Position numbers and translations under genes: made by a program. Shown piece by piece: positions 24,041 to 25,631 of a stretch of 25,631 nucleotides of DNA. Source of the DNA: a virus (lineage: Duplodnaviria; Caudoviricetes); IMG/VR virus record IMGVR_UViG_3300032155_000030, positions 1 to 25,631 of that record; one strand, 5' to 3'. Every line of letters starts with the position of its first letter. The first letter of the stretch is position 1. The notes under the pieces are model-generated. The model saw nothing but the letters and a program-made list of their open reading frames with translations. It was not told the origin of the DNA and did no database searches.

Positions 24041-25631
24041 CGTCCGGAAAGGCCTTGTCCCACCAGTCGTCCTTGACCCGCAGCCCGAGGTAGTAGGGAG
24101 TGCCCGAATAGCCGGGGTCGCCTTTGGCCAGCTTGGCCAGGCCCGAGGTGCGCGCGACGTAGCCGGTCATCTGGCGACCGAACATTTCCCTTTTCCAGAC
24201 GCTCTTCGCCGCCTGTTCGCCCGAATCCACAGCCCAGGCCTGGAAGACCTGATAGAGATCCCCGGCCTTGATCTTGGTGTCCTCGTGGATCTCGCAGGCC
24301 TCGGCCACGAAGCGACCGATCACGTCCTCGTCGTCGCGGTAGTTGTTCGTCCAGGTGCGGACCTGGGCGGGCATGTTCAGGTGGCCGTCGGCCTGCCACA
24401 TGAGCGAGCCCTCCACGTAGCGCCGCAGGATGCCGGGCAGCTCGCCGCGCAGCTTCTGCTTGATGCCTGGATCCTGAGCCCGCTCCCAGGGCTTGTTGGG
24501 GTCAGGGCACTCCACGAAGGAACACGGAAACTCGACCACGCGGGCGCGCTCCCAGAAGGCGTCCTCGTTGGCCGAGATTTTGGGCTTGTTGTTGGTCAGG
24601 AGCAGGAGCACGTGCCGCGGGATGTACTTGACCTGGCGCCGGGCGTTCGGCGGCCTGCAGGTCACGGTGTCGCCGCCCGAGAGCCACTTCACGTTCGAGG
24701 CCGAGAAGCGCTTGTTCTCGTCGGTCTCCGAGCCCCAGACCAAGGACTTGCCCATGATGTCGTAGAGCACGGCCGAGGGGCCGTCCGGGTTGCGGCCCAT
24801 CTTCTGCTCGAGCAGGTACTCTGAGGGGATGGGGCTGGCCAGGTCGCCCAGGACCTCGCGCGTCGTCTCCAGGAGGGTCGTTTTGCCGTTGCGTCCGTGT
24901 CTCCCGTAGAGGATGTACACGTGGTTGAAGAGGGTCACGCCCCCGAGGGAGTAGCCCACGATCTTGTACCAATACTCCACGAGCTCGGGATCCCCGAAGA
25001 CGGCGGCGATGAAGGAGTCCCACACCGGGCACTCGGCGGCTGGATCGTAGGGCACCTTGGCGGCCGTGCGGATGAAGTCGCGAGGATCACCCGGCTCCAG
25101 CTCCCCGTTGGCCAGGTTGACCACGCCGTTGGCCACCGCCAGCTTCATGGTGTGCTGATCCCAGGTGTCCCGCCCCGAGACCGCGATCTCCGGCTGGCGT
25201 TGGAATATCTTGAGCGCCGATTCTTGGTTCTTCTTGTAGTTGAGCGACCGGGCGCGGTCCGCCAAGTGCTTCTTGTTCTCCTGGTTCTCTTCGCCAGGCA
25301 GTTTTGCGTAGTGGCGCGAGGCCGAGCGCAGGGCCTCGCGCGCCGCATCCAGGGCGACGTTCGGAGCCTGGTCGCGGTCGTCGATTGCCCAGTGGTGCAC
25401 CTGCCAGAGGTAGTAGGTCCGGTCGGCGCAGTCGAAGCAGACCCGACCGTCGCAGAGCTGGGCCATGAGCCTGGCCATGCCCTCGTCGCCCTGCCAGGAG
25501 AGGGCGAGCACGATCTCCGGCGAGATCCCCTGAGCCGCTTTTCCGGGCTTGGCTCTCCCTTCATCCTCTTTGGCGGCGCGCTCTTCCGTCTTTTCTGCAA
25601 CGCCCTGGATTTCATCGTCTTTCCCATCCAT
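24030..25631 (-). CDS. P4-alpha/D5-family SF3 helicase (D5_N, ATPase and C-terminal winged helix)
   Basis: LAVANGVVNLANGEL, AECPVWDSF, Walker A GRNGKTT, VKWLSGGD, motif C LLTNNKP, AFWER, DLYQVFQAW; ATG sits at the window edge so the start is unverified. Confidence 0.93.
   Translation of the reverse strand: MDGKDDEIQGVAEKTEERAAKEDEGRAKPGKAAQGISPEIVLALSWQGDEGMARLMAQLCDGRVCFDCADRTYYLWQVHHWAIDDRDQAPNVALDAAREALRSASRHYAKLPGEENQENKKHLADRARSLNYKKNQESALKIFQRQPEIAVSGRDTWDQHTMKLAVANGVVNLANGELEPGDPRDFIRTAAKVPYDPAAECPVWDSFIAAVFGDPELVEYWYKIVGYSLGGVTLFNHVYILYGRHGRNGKTTLLETTREVLGDLASPIPSEYLLEQKMGRNPDGPSAVLYDIMGKSLVWGSETDENKRFSASNVKWLSGGDTVTCRPPNARRQVKYIPRHVLLLLTNNKPKISANEDAFWERARVVEFPCSFVECPDPNKPWERAQDPGIKQKLRGELPGILRRYVEGSLMWQADGHLNMPAQVRTWTNNYRDDEDVIGRFVAEACEIHEDTKIKAGDLYQVFQAWAVDSGEQAAKSVWKREMFGRQMTGYVARTSGLAKLAKGDPGYSGTPYYLGLRVKDDWWDKAFPDERS

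Larger units (their letters stand above)
1..25631 (-). mobile_element. Temperate phage/prophage segment: replication, lambda-like packaging and head, lysis, P2-like contractile tail; both ends lie outside the window
   Basis: About 30 co-oriented, abutting or overlapping minus-strand genes in canonical phage module order; no host housekeeping genes seen. Confidence 0.97.

Overview
The whole window is an internal segment of a very GC-rich temperate myophage or prophage. The gene content resembles deltaproteobacterial (Desulfovibrio-like) prophages, but the host cannot be established from sequence alone. Almost all real genes lie on the minus strand as a tightly coupled series. From right to left: a D5/P4-type SF3 helicase, an iteron-rich putative origin, a Zn-finger/TOPRIM primase, a hypothetical gene, lambda-type small and large (GpA) terminase, an Xis-like HTH gene, a repeat-rich putative late promoter, a lambda-like head module (gpW-like, portal, S49 protease with nested scaffold, decoration protein, major capsid), a lysis cassette (holin, signal-peptide transglycosylase, Rz with embedded Rz1), neck genes, and a P2-like contractile tail (sheath, tube, frameshifted chaperone, tape measure, X, D, V, U, W, J, I) ending in a tail fibre that runs off the left edge. 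The most notable items are: (1) an origin-like array of ~11 ATGACCTTT nonamers between a split helicase/primase pair; (2) a phased GTGGA repeat array with a hairpin-embedded, apparently leaderless promoter just downstream of the HTH gene; (3) two small counter-oriented genes wedged against the 5' ends of terL and the tape measure gene, each with a TTGACG -35 hexamer inside the essential gene; (4) a GpU protein with an unexplained ~180-aa N-terminal domain, next to a spike lacking the usual HxH apex. No integrase, att site, tRNA, rRNA, CRISPR array or recognisable defence system is visible. Nothing here is proven to be a new system. All family assignments come from motif recognition and synteny, not database searches.
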